A DNA stretch of 64,000 bases, taken from positions 3,162,001 through 3,226,000 of the forward strand of contig NW_026948187.1 of NCBI RefSeq assembly GCF_963921235.1, read 5' to 3'. This document shows positions 37,515 through 49,817 of this stretch, one piece after another (positions within the stretch are counted from its first letter, which is position 1; the number at the start of each line of letters is the position of its first letter). The notes beneath the pieces are model-generated. The model saw only the letters and a program-made list of their open reading frames with translations, did no database searches and had not been told where the DNA came from. Origin of the DNA: Mobula hypostoma (lineage: Eukaryota). A program made the translations under genes and the position numbers.

Positions 37515-39230
37515 TGATACCCCATACATCCCTAATACAAAGTCGGCATGGTTTCCTTAAGGGAAAATCTTGCCTGTCGAACCTGTTGGAATTTGTTGAG
37601 GATATTAAACATTCGGTACCTAAAGGTGACGCAGTGAATTTATAGCAGGCAGCGAGTGCCCATCCTCCTAATCTGTCTGAGTCCCTCTGCAGCCTACCGG
37701 GTTCCTGAACACTACCCTTCCCTCCACCAATCTCTGTATCATCTACCGTCTCAATCATTGAGATAGAACATAAACAGAAACGGTCCCAGCCGCAACCCCT
37801 GTGGAACACACACTTGCAGGCAACCAGAAAAGGAGCCTTTTATTCCCACTCGCTGCCTCCTACTTGTCAGTTAATGCTCTAAACAGGCCAGTAACTTTCC
37901 TATAATATAACCGGGCCTTAACCTGGTAAGCAGCCTCATGTGTGGCACCTTGTCAAAGGCCTTATGAAAGTCTCAATATCCACGTCCACTGCGTCCCCGT
38001 TAGTATGGCATCATTAATATCCTCAAGAAATTCCAACAGGTTCATCAGACAAAATCTTCCCTTTAGGAACCACGCCGACTTTGCCCTACCTTGTTTTGTG
38101 TGTCGAAGGACTTCATAACTTCATCCTTGACAAATGACTCCAAAATTTTAGCAGCCACTGCTGTCAGGACAACTGATCCACAATTTCCTTTCTGCTGTCT
38201 TCCTGCTTTCTTAAAGAGTACAGCCACATTTCCAATTTTCCAGTTCTCTGCCAGAGTCCACTTAATTGTGAAAAGATAATTACTAATCCCTACACAATCT
38301 TGAGAGCTACTTGAGTCATAACCCGAGAGTGCAGTTCACATGGTCCGGGGGAGTTATGCACTATGAGATCTTTCAGCTTTTTGTGCGCACTCTGCCTTGT
38401 TATAGTAACTGCAATCATGCCCCCCACTCACAGCCTTTAACATCTGGCGCAAAGCTCGTACTTTCCGCTGTGAAGTGTTCTGCAAAATATTCATTTAGTG
38501 CATCTGCCAACTCCGTACCCCTCGTTATCTTTTCTTTGGCCTCATTTCCAGGTCTGCAGCATCATACTAATGAGTCACTTTCCTCCACTGCTCCTGGTTC
38601 ACGACATATTTGCCTTTATTAACAAAAGTTTCAGTTCATGAGTCAGGAAGTACTGCTGCAGCTTTATAAAAGTTTGGTCAGGTTGCATCTGGGATATTGC
38701 ATCTCGTTTCGGTCGCCCCATTGAAGGAAGATGCCGAGCCTTCGGAAAGGGCATAGAAGACTTTCAACAGGAGGAGTTTAGGAGGAGATCTAAACGGAGA
38801 AGTTGCACAATTTTGTATTGTTCTTCGCAGAGTGCTGGAAGCGAAACGGAGACTGAAATGTTTATCCGAGTCGTAAATAAAGTAGACAGTCAGTATCTTT
38901 CTCAGAGCATCAAATACCCAATACCAGAGGGCATGCAGTTAAGGTGAGAGGGGAAAATATTCAAAATACATGTGCAGGAAGTAATTTAGAAGAAAATAAA
39001 ACAAAGAGTTGTGGGGTTCTGGAATGGAGTTCTGGGGTGGAGCTGGAGGTCGGTGAAACGGTGGCATTTATGAGGCTCTTAGGCAAGGAAACACACAGAA
39101 AACGAAGCGATATAGACAACTTGCAGGGAGATGGATTAATTTAATTAGGCATCAGTGGCTTAATTACGTCAGCCCAACATCACAGACCAAAGGGCGCCTT
39201 CATGTCCTGCACTGTTACAGGTTCTAACTA
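37515..39230. mobile_element. Old CR1 fragments in mixed orientation
   Basis: Short plus piece at 37520-37640, minus pieces at 37650-38550 (DDTEIGG...LQRDSDRLGGW), plus 3' end at 38600-39230. Confidence 0.7.
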
Positions 39231-39554
39231 GATAAATGATCACCGACTAAGGACAGTTTCTTTTCCTCTCCGTCCTGAATTTCTATTCCTTCATGATGAA
39301 ACTATGTCCCATGGTAACAGAATCCTAATTGAGGGGAATCATCACTGTAATCGGTCGGAATATTCTCAAAGGATCGATCAATTCTCCTCAAAATTCCAGA
39401 GAATACCGGCCTGGCTCACACAATTTCTCCTCACATACCACCCTGCCATCCCTGGAGCCAGTGCGGACAGTGTGAGCAATAATCCCTACACTCTTGGTGC
39501 TGCAGGGATGACTTTACTGTGGAAATGCGACGAGAGCGGCAAATGATAATTTGA

Positions 39555-41990
39555 GTGGGAAGCTCATACTGTAAAGGGGCTGGATGGTTTGGAGTTTGTT
39601 AAATATGGGCAGGGTAGTTTTTTTTTGTTTGTTTTGTTTTTTTTGCAGCAATACATAGAGGTACCAACTAGAGAAGGGACAGTGTTGGATCTCCTGTTAG
39701 GGAGTGAGATAGGTCAGGTGACGGAGGTTTGTGTTGAGGAACACTTCGGCTCCAGTGATCACAATGCTATTAGTTTCAACATAATTATGCAGAAGGATAG
39801 GTCTGGACCCAAGGTTGAGATTTTTGATTGGAGAAAGGCTAACTTTGAGGAAATGCGAAATGATTTAGAAGGAATAGATTGGAACAATTTGTTTTATGGG
39901 AAGAATAGAATAGAGAAATGGAGGTCATTTAAAGGTGAAATTTTGAGAGTACAGAATCTTTATGTTCCTGTTAGGATGAAAGGAAAGGCTGAAAGTTTGA
40001 GAGAGCGATGGTTTTCAAGGGATATTGGAAACTTGGTTGGGAAAAAGAGAGATATCTACAATAAATACAGGCAGCATGGAGAATATGAGGTGCTCGAGGA
40101 ATATAAAGAATGTAAAAATAATCTTAAGAAAGAAATTAGAAAAGCTAAAAGAAGATATGAGGTTGCTTTGGCAAATAAGGTGAAAATAAATCCCAATGGT
40201 TTCTACGGTTATATTAATAGCAAAAGGATACTGAGGGATAAAACTTATCCCTTAGAGAATCAGAGTGGACAGCTATGTGTGGAGCAAAAAGAGATGGGAG
40301 AGATTCTGAACAATTTATTTTCTTCGGTATTCACTAGGGAGAAGGACATTGAATTGGGTCAAATAAGAGAAGCAGGTAGGGAAGTTATGAAAACTATGAT
40401 GATTAGAGTAGAGGAAGTACTGGAGCTTTTAAAGAATATGAAAGTGAATTAGTCTCCGCGTCCTGACAGGGTATTCCCGAGGAACTTGAGGGAAGTTAGT
40501 GTGCAACGAGCAGGGGCTCTGACAGAAATATTTCAAATATCATTAGAAACGGGTATGGTACCGGAGGATTGGCGCATTGCTCATGTTGTTCCATTGTTTA
40601 AAAAGGATTCTAAGAGTAAACCTAGCAATTATCGACCTGTGAGCTTGACGTCAGTGGTAGGTACATTGATGAAAAGTATTCTTATGGATGGTATATATAA
40701 TTATCTGGATAAACAGGGTCTGGTTAGGAACAGTCAACATGGAGTTTTGTGCGGAAGGTCATGTTTGACAAATCTTATTGAATCTATATGGACTTCAGTA
40801 AGGTCATTAACGAAGTCCCACACGGAAGGTTAGTTGGAAGGTTCAATCGTTAGGTATTAATATTGAAGTAGTAAAATGGATTCGGCAGTGGCTGGATGGG
40901 AGACGCCAGAGAGTGGTGGTAGATAACGGTTTGTCAGATCGGAGTTCCGTGACTAGTGGTGTGCTCAGGGATCTGTACTAGGTCCAATGTTTTTTTTTGT
41001 CATACACAATAATGATTTGGATGATGGGGTGGAAAATTGGATCAGTAAGTATGCAGATGATACTAAGATAGGTGGAGTTGTGGATAATGACGTAGGTTTT
41101 CAAAGCTTGAAGAGAGATTTAGGCCAGTTAGAAGAGTGAGCTGAAAGATGGCAGATGGAGTTTAATGCTGATAAGAGTGAGGTTCTACACTTTTGTAGGA
41201 CTAATCAAAATAGGACATACATGGTAAATGGTAGGGCATTAAAGAATGCAGTAGAACAGAGGGATCTAGGAATAATGGTGCATAGTTCCCCGAAGGTGGA
41301 ATCTCATGTGGATAGAGTGGTGAAGAAAGCTTTTGGTATGCTGGCCTTTATAAATCAGAGCATTGAGTACAGGAGTTACCATGTAATGTTGAAGTTCTAC
41401 AATGCATTGGTGAGGCCAAATTTGGAATATTGTGTACAGTTTTGGTCACCGAATTACAGGAAAGGTGTCAACAAAATGGAGAGAGTCCAGAGAAGGTTTA
41501 CTGAAATGTTGCCTGGGTTTCATCACCTAAGTTACAGAGAAAGTTTGAACAAGTTAGGTCTTTATTCTTTGGAGCGTAGAAGGTTGAGGGTGGACTTGAG
41601 AGCGGTATTTAAAATTATGAGGGGGATAGATAGAGTTGACGTGGATAGGCTTTTTTTTTCCATTGAGAGTGGGGGAGATTCAAACAAGAGGACATGAGTT
41701 GAGAGTTAAAGGACAAAAGTTCAGGGGTAACATGAGGGGTAACTTCTATACTCAGAGAGTGTTAGCTGTGTGGAACGAGCTTCTAGCAGAAGTGGTTGAG
41801 ACAGGTTCGATGTTGTCGTTTAAAGTTAAACTGGATAGATATATGGACAGGAAAGGAATGGAGGGTTATGGGCTGAATGCAGGTCGGTGGGACTCGGTGA
41901 GAGTAAGAGTTCTTCACGGACTAGAAGGGCCGAGATGGCCTGTTTCTGTGCTGTAATTGTCATATGGTTATATATGGTTATGTGGTTATA
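39555..41990 (+). mobile_element. 5'-truncated CR1 LINE with TATGGT-type tail
   Basis: PTREGTVLDLLL, SSDHNAI, NYRPVSLTSVVG, LEYCVQFWSP; tail catatggttatatatggttatgtggtta; small internal deletion near 40785. Confidence 0.93.
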
Positions 41991-41999
41991 ATATTCAAA

Positions 42000-42480
42000 A
42001 TGCATTCTCACCAGAACCCAATTAGACACTTCCTGTTCCCCAGTCATTCTGCTTCATAGGACAAAATCAAGTTTGTTTCCCTTAATATTTGTAGTACCTG
42101 AATGTTAACTCTCAGTGAATTATTCAAAATGCTCCTCACGTCCCTCTGAAAGATGACCTCCGTCCCCATATAAAAATGGCTTTTCCTACCTTGTTCTCTC
42201 GGAATGGTTGGCCTCAAGTCATCCCGCACTTTGTACATCTGCCAGGTCCTCACTCATTCACTTCTGCCTGCGTCCCCGGACCCACTCTGTATCCTTCTCA
42301 CTACTGATCCTGCCGCCCAGCTCTGTAACACCAGCAGACATTGATAACATCGCACATCCAAATCAGTGATGTAGACTGTGAACAGCTGGGGTCTCAGCTC
42401 CAATCCCTGATTCACCCTACTCGTCACAGATTCCCAAATCGAAAGTGGCGTATTTATTCCCTCTCTCTGTCTTTGAACTG
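42000..42480 (-). mobile_element. Old CR1/L2-type RT fragment
   Basis: Reverse strand shows ...gggattggagctgagaccccagctgttcacagtctacatc (G..LGPQLFT.YI-like) and RTWQM. Confidence 0.5.
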
Positions 42481-43084
42481 CTGACTAATTTTAAGTCTGC
42501 ACAAGTACACCAGAACCTTATTTGCTTATTATAAACTTTCTAATATTCCACCAACAACACATACATCAGTTCGTAATGCTCCAACTGTTTCTAATGTCCA
42601 GAACACACACTGACTCTGCCAACCCTACTGCTGCAATCCTCCCAGCACCGTGTCTGGGCATTTGGGATCTGGGTCACTCTCGCTACCTATAGGACACTGT
42701 GGTACAGAATACAATGAAAATACTGAACATGTGTGGTTCAGTGTAATAGTAGAATGTGTATCTGGACTGGACTCAGTGTGGGACTGAATGCCTTCGGTCT
42801 GAGACTGTGGAACTGATGAGCTGTCAGTATCCCTGTTCTTTGAAACACACCTTCGATGCGAGAGATGCTCGTTAACTTGGGTATCGACAGGAAGGAATAT
42901 TGCAGTCTTTCCCTGCGGGAAGAAGAAGGAAACTGGGTCAGTGAGACAGAGTCAAAACGTCGAAGGTTCTGTGAAGAGGACGGCTTATGAAAGTCAACCT
43001 CTCCAGCAACATATCAAAATGTTTGACGGACTCAGCGAAGTTTCTCTAGCACTTAGTGTGTTCTCACCTTCATTTCCAGGATCT

Positions 43085-43433
43085 NNNNNNNNNNNNNNNN
43101 NNNNNNNNNNNNNNNNNNNNNNNNNNNNNNNNNNNNNNNNNNNNNNNNNNNNNNNNNNNNNNNNNNNNNNNNNNNNNNNNNNNNNNNNNNNNNNNNNNNN
43201 NNNNNNNNNNNNNNNNNNNNNNNNNNNNNNNNNNNNNNNNNNNNNNNNNNNNNNNNNNNNNNNNNNNNNNNNNNNNNNNNNNNNNNNNNNNNNNNNNNNN
43301 NNNNNNNNNNNNNNNNNNNNNNNNNNNNNNNNNNNNNNNNNNNNNNNNNNNNNNNNNNNNNNNNNNNNNNNNNNNNNNNNNNNNNNNNNNNNNNNNNNNN
43401 NNNNNNNNNNNNNNNNNNNNNNNNNNNNNNNNN
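43085..43433. other. Assembly gap (349 N)
   Basis: Run of N about 400 bp upstream of GPCR #2. Confidence 0.98.
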
Positions 43434-43698
43434 AGGAGGAGGTGAAACACTGAAAATTTTAAACCGCTGGGTCAGAAATTAGTACGGTGTCGGTGAAATC
43501 TGTTTACAGATTAATAATTAACCAACAAAAACATGAACCCTGTAAATATGGCTGCTGCGACAGAAAGCTCAGATCTTGTCATAATTCCCACCGCTAACGT
43601 AATACCCAATAATTTGGATATATTTCTATTCAATCTGCCCAATATTTACATCAGAATCAATGGTGTTGAATAAAAGTGTTTGCTCAAGTAATTTGAAC

Positions 43699-43754
43699 TA
43701 ATGACGTTAGTCGGGGTATAACCGTATCTCTCGAGACTGCTCCTTTGTATAAAT
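43699..43754 (+). promoter_or_regulatory. Putative core promoter of GPCR #2 (homeodomain site, O/E-like site, TATA)
   Basis: TAATGA (43699-43704), TCTCTCGAGA (43727-43736), 11 nt, TATAAAT (43748-43754); ATG at 43837. Confidence 0.6.
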
Positions 43755-43836
43755 CAGGGACGTTTTGAAAGCACCAGCTCAGATTTTCTGCCGGCGCTGT
43801 GAATTCAAAAGCATCAGATCACAAATTCGCACTGAA

Positions 43837-45859
43837 ATGAGTTATCCAGTCATCCTGAGAATAGGGGAGGTTTACTATCCTTTCATTTCAGCCTTAGGAA
43901 TTCCCGGTAAGCCGCCGTATCAGCTGCTGTAGGTGGGAATTGAAGTTGAAATCCATTGTTGTAATTGTTTCTGTCGCTGGATTCCACTGCCACATGTCCA
44001 GTCCCAGTCTGCAGCATTTCAGGAAGGGAATGGAAAGATCAGGAATGTAGATTTGGGGATCTGGATCTAAAAACAAACCGATGGTGGAATTCAGCGATTC
44101 TTGATTTCAATGGTTCAGGCAGAGTTCTCCCAGTTGCTTCTGTTGAATAATGTGATGTTCGTGATTATCTGCTTTTGGTCGTGGAGTAGCTATACTGAAA
44201 TCACAAAATAGTATGTCTATGCAGCTCCCCGTGTTTATATGGACGGATTGTCTGCATTTGTATGTGAGCGGTCTTGTGAGGTGCAATAATCAAACCATCG
44301 ACTGGTAGTAACTTTTTAGTAAATGTGAGGAATTCCATTTGCAGCATTAAACTTGTGGATTTTTAACATATGTGTGCGCTGTGACTGAATGTGAAGCAGT
44401 TGATGGACAACTCAATGAAGTCGTTGTTGAGCCAATTATCACAACAGACGTGTGGCTTCATAGTTATCAACACTATGAAATGTATTATATATTATCTACA
44501 TCTGACACCGATACAGTTATCTAAAAGAGACATCGAGTTGGCTACTGGACGATGAATTCCTCTCCCCTGCTTGATAGTTGGAACTATCCCGCAATCAGGA
44601 TGCGGATGTATTCATTTTATGTCACGAAATGCGGAGGCGCCAGTAGAAAATATTCCATCCACTATGGACTCTGAGGAGGTAAATACCCAGTTTTCACATC
44701 CCGCTGCCACTTCACATTTCGGTCACCAGTAAGGAATCCGTACACAAAATATATTGATTTTATTTTACTGTGTAACGTCCTTCTTTGTCTCCTCCAGATC
44801 TGCGCCCTCTTTGGAATCTTCCTTCACTAAACGCGTCAATGACACGGAAGTATGACGGTATCCGCTCACATTGCTGCACTAGCCTCTGCTCAGTGTTTTT
44901 TCAACTTGCTGTTCCCTGTCTCTCTTTCAGCGAACCTGCTGGCCATTGTGAATGTGTCCCGGGGAAAGTGCGGTCTGTCCAAATGCGTCAATCGTTACAT
45001 GGTGGGAATGGCCGCCGCCGATCTCTTGCTGGTTATCTCCTATCCGCTGCTGACGTGGACTGCTTGGATTTATTTTCCCGGATCATTCCGGTTCATCACT
45101 CCTGTGTGCAGATTGTGTGGGTGGTTAATTTTTGCGAGCACTGCGACCTCAGTCTGGCTGACTGTCGCTTTCACCTTTGATCGATTTGTGGCTATTTGCT
45201 GTGAGAAGCTGAAAACAAAACATTGCACCGAGAGAACGGCCGCTGTGGATATCGGGACAGTGAGTGGGCTGGCCTGTTTGGAGAGTGTCCCCTGGGGATT
45301 TGTATACGAGCCTTTGGTAATAATGGATAGTGTTCCCTGGTATTGTGTTCATACATCGAGCTACAAAGGAGCTCCCTCATGGGCGGCGTTTGCAATGTTT
45401 CACCGCATTTTAACCCCTTGTGTCCCATTCTTTCTGATCTTGCTGCTCAATATTCGAACTGTTAGGAAGATTCTAGCAGCCCGCCGAGCCCGCCGAGCCC
45501 GCCGGGGGCTCCGGGGACGAAGGAATGGAGAGAATGACAAGGACCGGGAGATGGAGAACCGACGCAAATCCATCGTTTTGCTCTTCAGCATATCCGCTAG
45601 TTTCATACTGTGCTGGATAACACAGCAGGCATTTTATATCTATCAACGGATTTCAATGAGTTTTGTTTATTATTCTGTAACAGATCCCCGCTACCTTATT
45701 GAAGACATATCGGGAATGCTGCAGATTCTCAGTTCCTGAACCAACATTTTTATTTACGCCCTGACCCAGAACAAATTCCGAGAAGAACTCAGGGATATGC
45801 TGAAATACCCAATGAATCGGATTGTGGACCAAATTAAACGTTGGAAATATATACTTTAA
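43837..45859 (+). pseudogene. GPR139/GPR142-like GPCR #2, two exons (43837-43906, 44931-45859), in-frame TGA in TM7
   Basis: Exon 1 MSYPVILRIGEVYYPFISALGIP then G|gtaagc; acceptor tctctttcag; ANLLAI..SRGKCGLS, MAAADL, TFDRFVAICC. TGA at 45737-45739 is followed in frame by TNIFIYALTQNKFREELRDMLKYP to TAA at 45857-45859. Confidence 0.88.
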
Positions 45860-45954
45860 ATTATTACAATCAAGCTGCATTCATGATCCTTATTTTGTAA
45901 ATCCACTTGTGTATAAATGGAAACAATGTGATGAACAGAGTTATAGAACTAAGA

Positions 45955-46072
45955 CGGGAGAAAATCTGCTGATGCTCGAAGTAGAAAACACCACACACTA
46001 TTCGGATTTACTCTTTTTCTCTATTTGCTGTCTGGTCTGCTGAGTTCCTTTAACATTTTGTGTGTGTTGCCT
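45955..46072. repeat. Penelope-like-derived short repeat
   Basis: gagaaaatctgctgatgct and ctgctgagttcct..a.cattttgtgtgtgttgc match 11909-12037. Confidence 0.65.
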
Positions 46073-46652
46073 CAGAGTAATAAACCAGTTTCTTACAGCT
46101 GATTCTGACGGCATCACTGACTTCAGCGTCCCAGTGAAATCCACTTTGCACCTTACCTCACGCCCCGATTACATTGAACATTGTGGCGAATCTGTTACCT
46201 CTGTTTCCCGGTTCTAACACAACTGCCTGATCATGTGGTATACTTTCGTCAGGAATAGCCACTGCTTTTCCCGTCATAACCCGTCCTTTCTTTTACCCTT
46301 GTTTTCTCCCCTTTCTCAACCTGTAGGTTCTCCTTCTCTCAGTTATCATGAACTATCTTCCAGTAGCACAATTGTAACTGTCTTACATATGACAACAAAA
46401 TACCATTGTCTTTACCACAGCGAGAGAGAGAGAGAGAGAAAGAGAGAGATGTGGGGGGACGGATAGGAGGGAGATATCCTGAATGCGAGAAATATGTGAA
46501 GATAATGTAAAGTTTGGGATGCTGATATTGTACTGGGTCTCGGGGGAACATGAGGAATCAAGAAGCAAGTTAAATTGTGAATTGGGAGAGTGAATAATGA
46601 CGAGGAAATGACTAGACTGAAGAGTATTAACGGGAATCCCAAGGCATTTTAT

Positions 46653-46701
46653 ACATTGTAAACACCATAAACATTGTAAACACTGTAAACACTGTAAACA
46701 C
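46653..46701. repeat. 9-bp minisatellite (ACACTGTAA-like), about 5 copies
   Basis: acattgtaa acaccataa acattgtaa acactgtaa acactgtaa acac. Confidence 0.85.
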
Positions 46702-46949
46702 ACCACGATTAAATTGAAGCTTGTGGTGAATCTGTTACCCCGGCTTCCCGGTTCTGACAAGAAGGCCTGATCTTGGAGTATATTTTCATCTGTAACTATA
46801 ATATCCCTTAAATTAACTGGGATCCTTAGTGTAGAAGCTCAGAGGAGAAGAATTTGTTCGTTATTATCGTGGAAAGACTTAGCGATATTTACCGTCTGTA
46901 CGACGACAGTCTGTGCAGATTATGCATGTTACCTGAAACTTAGGCCAAC

Positions 46950-47290
46950 TTCTAGAGTAGTATAGTGGAGAGGACCCTGACCTGTTGCTTCGTTGTCTGG
47001 TATGGAAACACCGGGTTCCTTGAATAGAATAAACACTGGAAAGTTGTGGATGCAGCCATCAGATGTACATCCCTCCCCACCGATGAAAACATCGGCAAGG
47101 AAAGAAAAAATGACAGGAAAGCAGCATTCATCATCAGGGACGCCCACCACCCAGGTGATGCTCACTTCTCGATGCTGCTGTCCAGAACGAGTGACAGGAG
47201 CGTCAGGTCCCATAGCAACAGTTTCATCAATACTTCTACTCGTAAATGATCAGGCTCCTCCAGTAGAGGGGATAATTTAACTTACCCCAG
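46950..47290 (+). mobile_element. Rex1-type LINE 3' fragment
   Basis: RKAAFIIRDAHHPGDAHFSMLLS (ORF 47046-47249). Confidence 0.75.
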
Positions 47291-47880
47291 CAATGAACTC
47301 ACATGGGAGTTCCTGGTCCTTCCCTTCGTCTATTGTTGCAGAAGGTACTTCACAACGCCCAGAGTCTCACCAGTGCCCTCTTTGTCCTATCGCTCCTCTT
47401 CCTCCCAAGCCCATCGGTGCCCCCCTACCGAGGAACTTATGTACACATGTGGATTCTATATATATAGTTCATTCAATGAGTCAGCCTTTAGAATTAAATC
47501 ATACATAAACAAGACGATATAAAACAGTCTGTCTACTGTTTCAAGGTTAAATACCGCTATTGCCATCTAGATCACAGTCGATCCCTGGATTTTGTCCATG
47601 GACATTGGATGTTCTTTCGCAGCCATTCTGTGTCCGGCAGCAGCCACTGTAAGTGAATGTCTCACCGCATCCCTGACGCTCACATTAACCAGGGATTCAC
47701 CCATTTTAAGTCAGTACGTCACTCCAACCTTTGTGGTCATTTCTACCATCACTCCCTTTCCAGCAGCCATTTCAAGTGATGCGGCGGGAATTTGGAGTCA
47801 TTCTGGGCCTCTTCTCGTCCCTAGAAGTCAAATGTGATTGTTAACCGCAGTGGTTCTGAGATCCACCTATAGCCTCTCTG

Positions 47881-48305
47881 TGTCACAAACACTGATTCGG
47901 CAGCGCAGTAGATACGGCAATTGCGCTTGTGGACATGCACGTGTCAACTAATTATTAACTCATTGTGGTAATATTTAACTCCATACTCGTCCTCGTAGTG
48001 CTTGTTTTAGACTTGGACATAGCTACGCTTTGATATCTGCATTCCACCTTGGCTGTAAAATCGGGCTGTGGATTCAGCTGACTCTGAAGACGAGCGGTAC
48101 TGTATTCGTTTTATTCCTGATTGTTCTTTCCAGCCGCAGTGTAGGCTTCGTTTTCCATTTGAGCATTTTGGTCAATGACCCTGTTTGGCCGAGCGGTTAT
48201 TGTTTTCCTTTTCCCTTTAACACTGTTCGCATTAAGGTCTGTGAAATATCGACCGGCTCCAGTGTCTCTCACTCCGCACTTGGGTCATATCCGAACCGGG
48301 TGACG
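47881..48305 (+). mobile_element. Solo LTR, 425 bp
   Basis: TGTCAC...GTGACG termini; perfect 5-bp TSD CTCTG (47876-47880, 48306-48310). Confidence 0.85.
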
Positions 48306-49148
48306 CTCTGTCTCTTCCGCGTCCTTCCTTCTCCTGCGACCCTGCCTGTCTCAGTGACTCTCCCTCTTCCACACCGCTCTACGTCTCCCCTGACCTTTCG
48401 ATTCACTCATTCACTCATTCACTCCTTCCCTGCCGCTCACCTTTCCAAGGCGTCACTAACTCCTTGATGCCCCTGTCAACACAGCCGACGGGTTCTCTTT
48501 CAGCCAGCACACCTCTCCCTTTGCCTCGACAAAACTAACCGTTGTGACGGTCGTTTTCAATCGACGCCTCACTCCTTTCCTTCCAGGCTCTATGTTTAAC
48601 CAAGTTATCACGAACCCAACCAGCCCATCAGGCACTTTCGGTCAGTCCGTCACTCCTTCCCAATCGACCATTTTACATCAACCCATTACCATCTCTTTCT
48701 TCTCAATGTGTCAGTCCTTCTCCTTTAGCCATTTTATCCGGTGGGCCTCTCCTTCCCTTTTTGCCCGTCACTCCCTCCTTTCGGCCAAAATAACAAAGGC
48801 GTCAGTGATCATTTCATGTCGGCCCGCCACTCCCTTTGGATTTCAGTGAGTCGCCGCTTTCCTGACATCCATTTTCTCTCTGTATATTTTCCATTTTCTT
48901 TCTGTGTATTTTCCCTCCCTGGTGACCATTGTCATCCCGCTTCCTAGTGACGATACCAACTCGACGCGTCACTCTCTCCCTGGTGATAATTTTAAAGTCT
49001 GGCTTTTTAACTCCGTCCCTAGCTCCAACACATAACTTCCTCCCTGGTGTTGGCCAGAAGAGACTACAGTCTAATCAAGGACAGGAGAAGCAGGCAGACT
49101 AGTTGTCATTGTTTCCCCCTATTTTGTGGACGCTGAATTGATTCTTAC

Positions 49149-49817
49149 TGTTGCATAATCTAATAGGAGTAATTGAATGTGGATACAAGCAACAAGGTAT
49201 TGACCTGCTAAATCTGAGGCCGTTCTCATGGGAGTAGCCTCTTGTTATGTAAAATGCCAGATTTACCAAAGAAGCAATCTGTAATCTCTGAATCTCTGCC
49301 TGGGTTGCCTCATTTAACTGTATTGGACCACTCAGAGTGTAAAGGCAGAAAGACACAAGGCTGGGGAGAGCAGAATCACGAAACAATGTTGGTTGTAGCC
49401 CTGTACAATGACCAGTAAGAAGGTCATCCAGGTAGTTCAGATGACCTTGAGCCAAATGGACGGAGATCCAACAGTCCAGTTGATGAGGGACGGTATAAGA
49501 CTCAGGAACTGCAAATACGCAGGGGTGATAACTCTCCAGCAACCAGAGACCTACCGCCGCGGATACGGTGGATCCCACGGACACGTGGTGATCGGGACCA
49601 CAGGCAATGCCTGGACAGCCAAGTCACCTTTTCCAGGGTAATAGCTTTTCTCTTCATTCAAGTAGGGTGCACGCCTGGGAGATAGTTTGTGAACCCGCGC
49701 TTTTTAGTTCAGACAATAGCAGATACTTTTCGGCAAACACGGATTCTCTGTGCCTCACTGATCATTATTACAAAGGGTAATTCTTGTAACAGAACTGACG
49801 TCCCTGTTGGGGTTCGA
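49149..49817 (+). mobile_element. LTR plus degenerate tRNA-Asn-like PBS of a truncated LTR retroelement
   Basis: Ends TGTAACA at 49791; TGACGTCCCTGTTGGGGTTCGA (49796-49817) resembles the tRNA-Asn complement TGGCGTCCCTGGGTGGGCTCGA (17/22). Left boundary TGTTGCA is tentative. Confidence 0.55.

Noticed and set aside
42941-43453. ORFs spanning N runs (also 2317-2655)
   Set aside because: Artefacts of assembly gaps.
44852-44930. ORF-track N-termini of the GPCRs (also 32971-32995 and 62224-62245)
   Set aside because: These are intronic polypyrimidine/acceptor sequence; true first exons were found upstream for #1 and #2.
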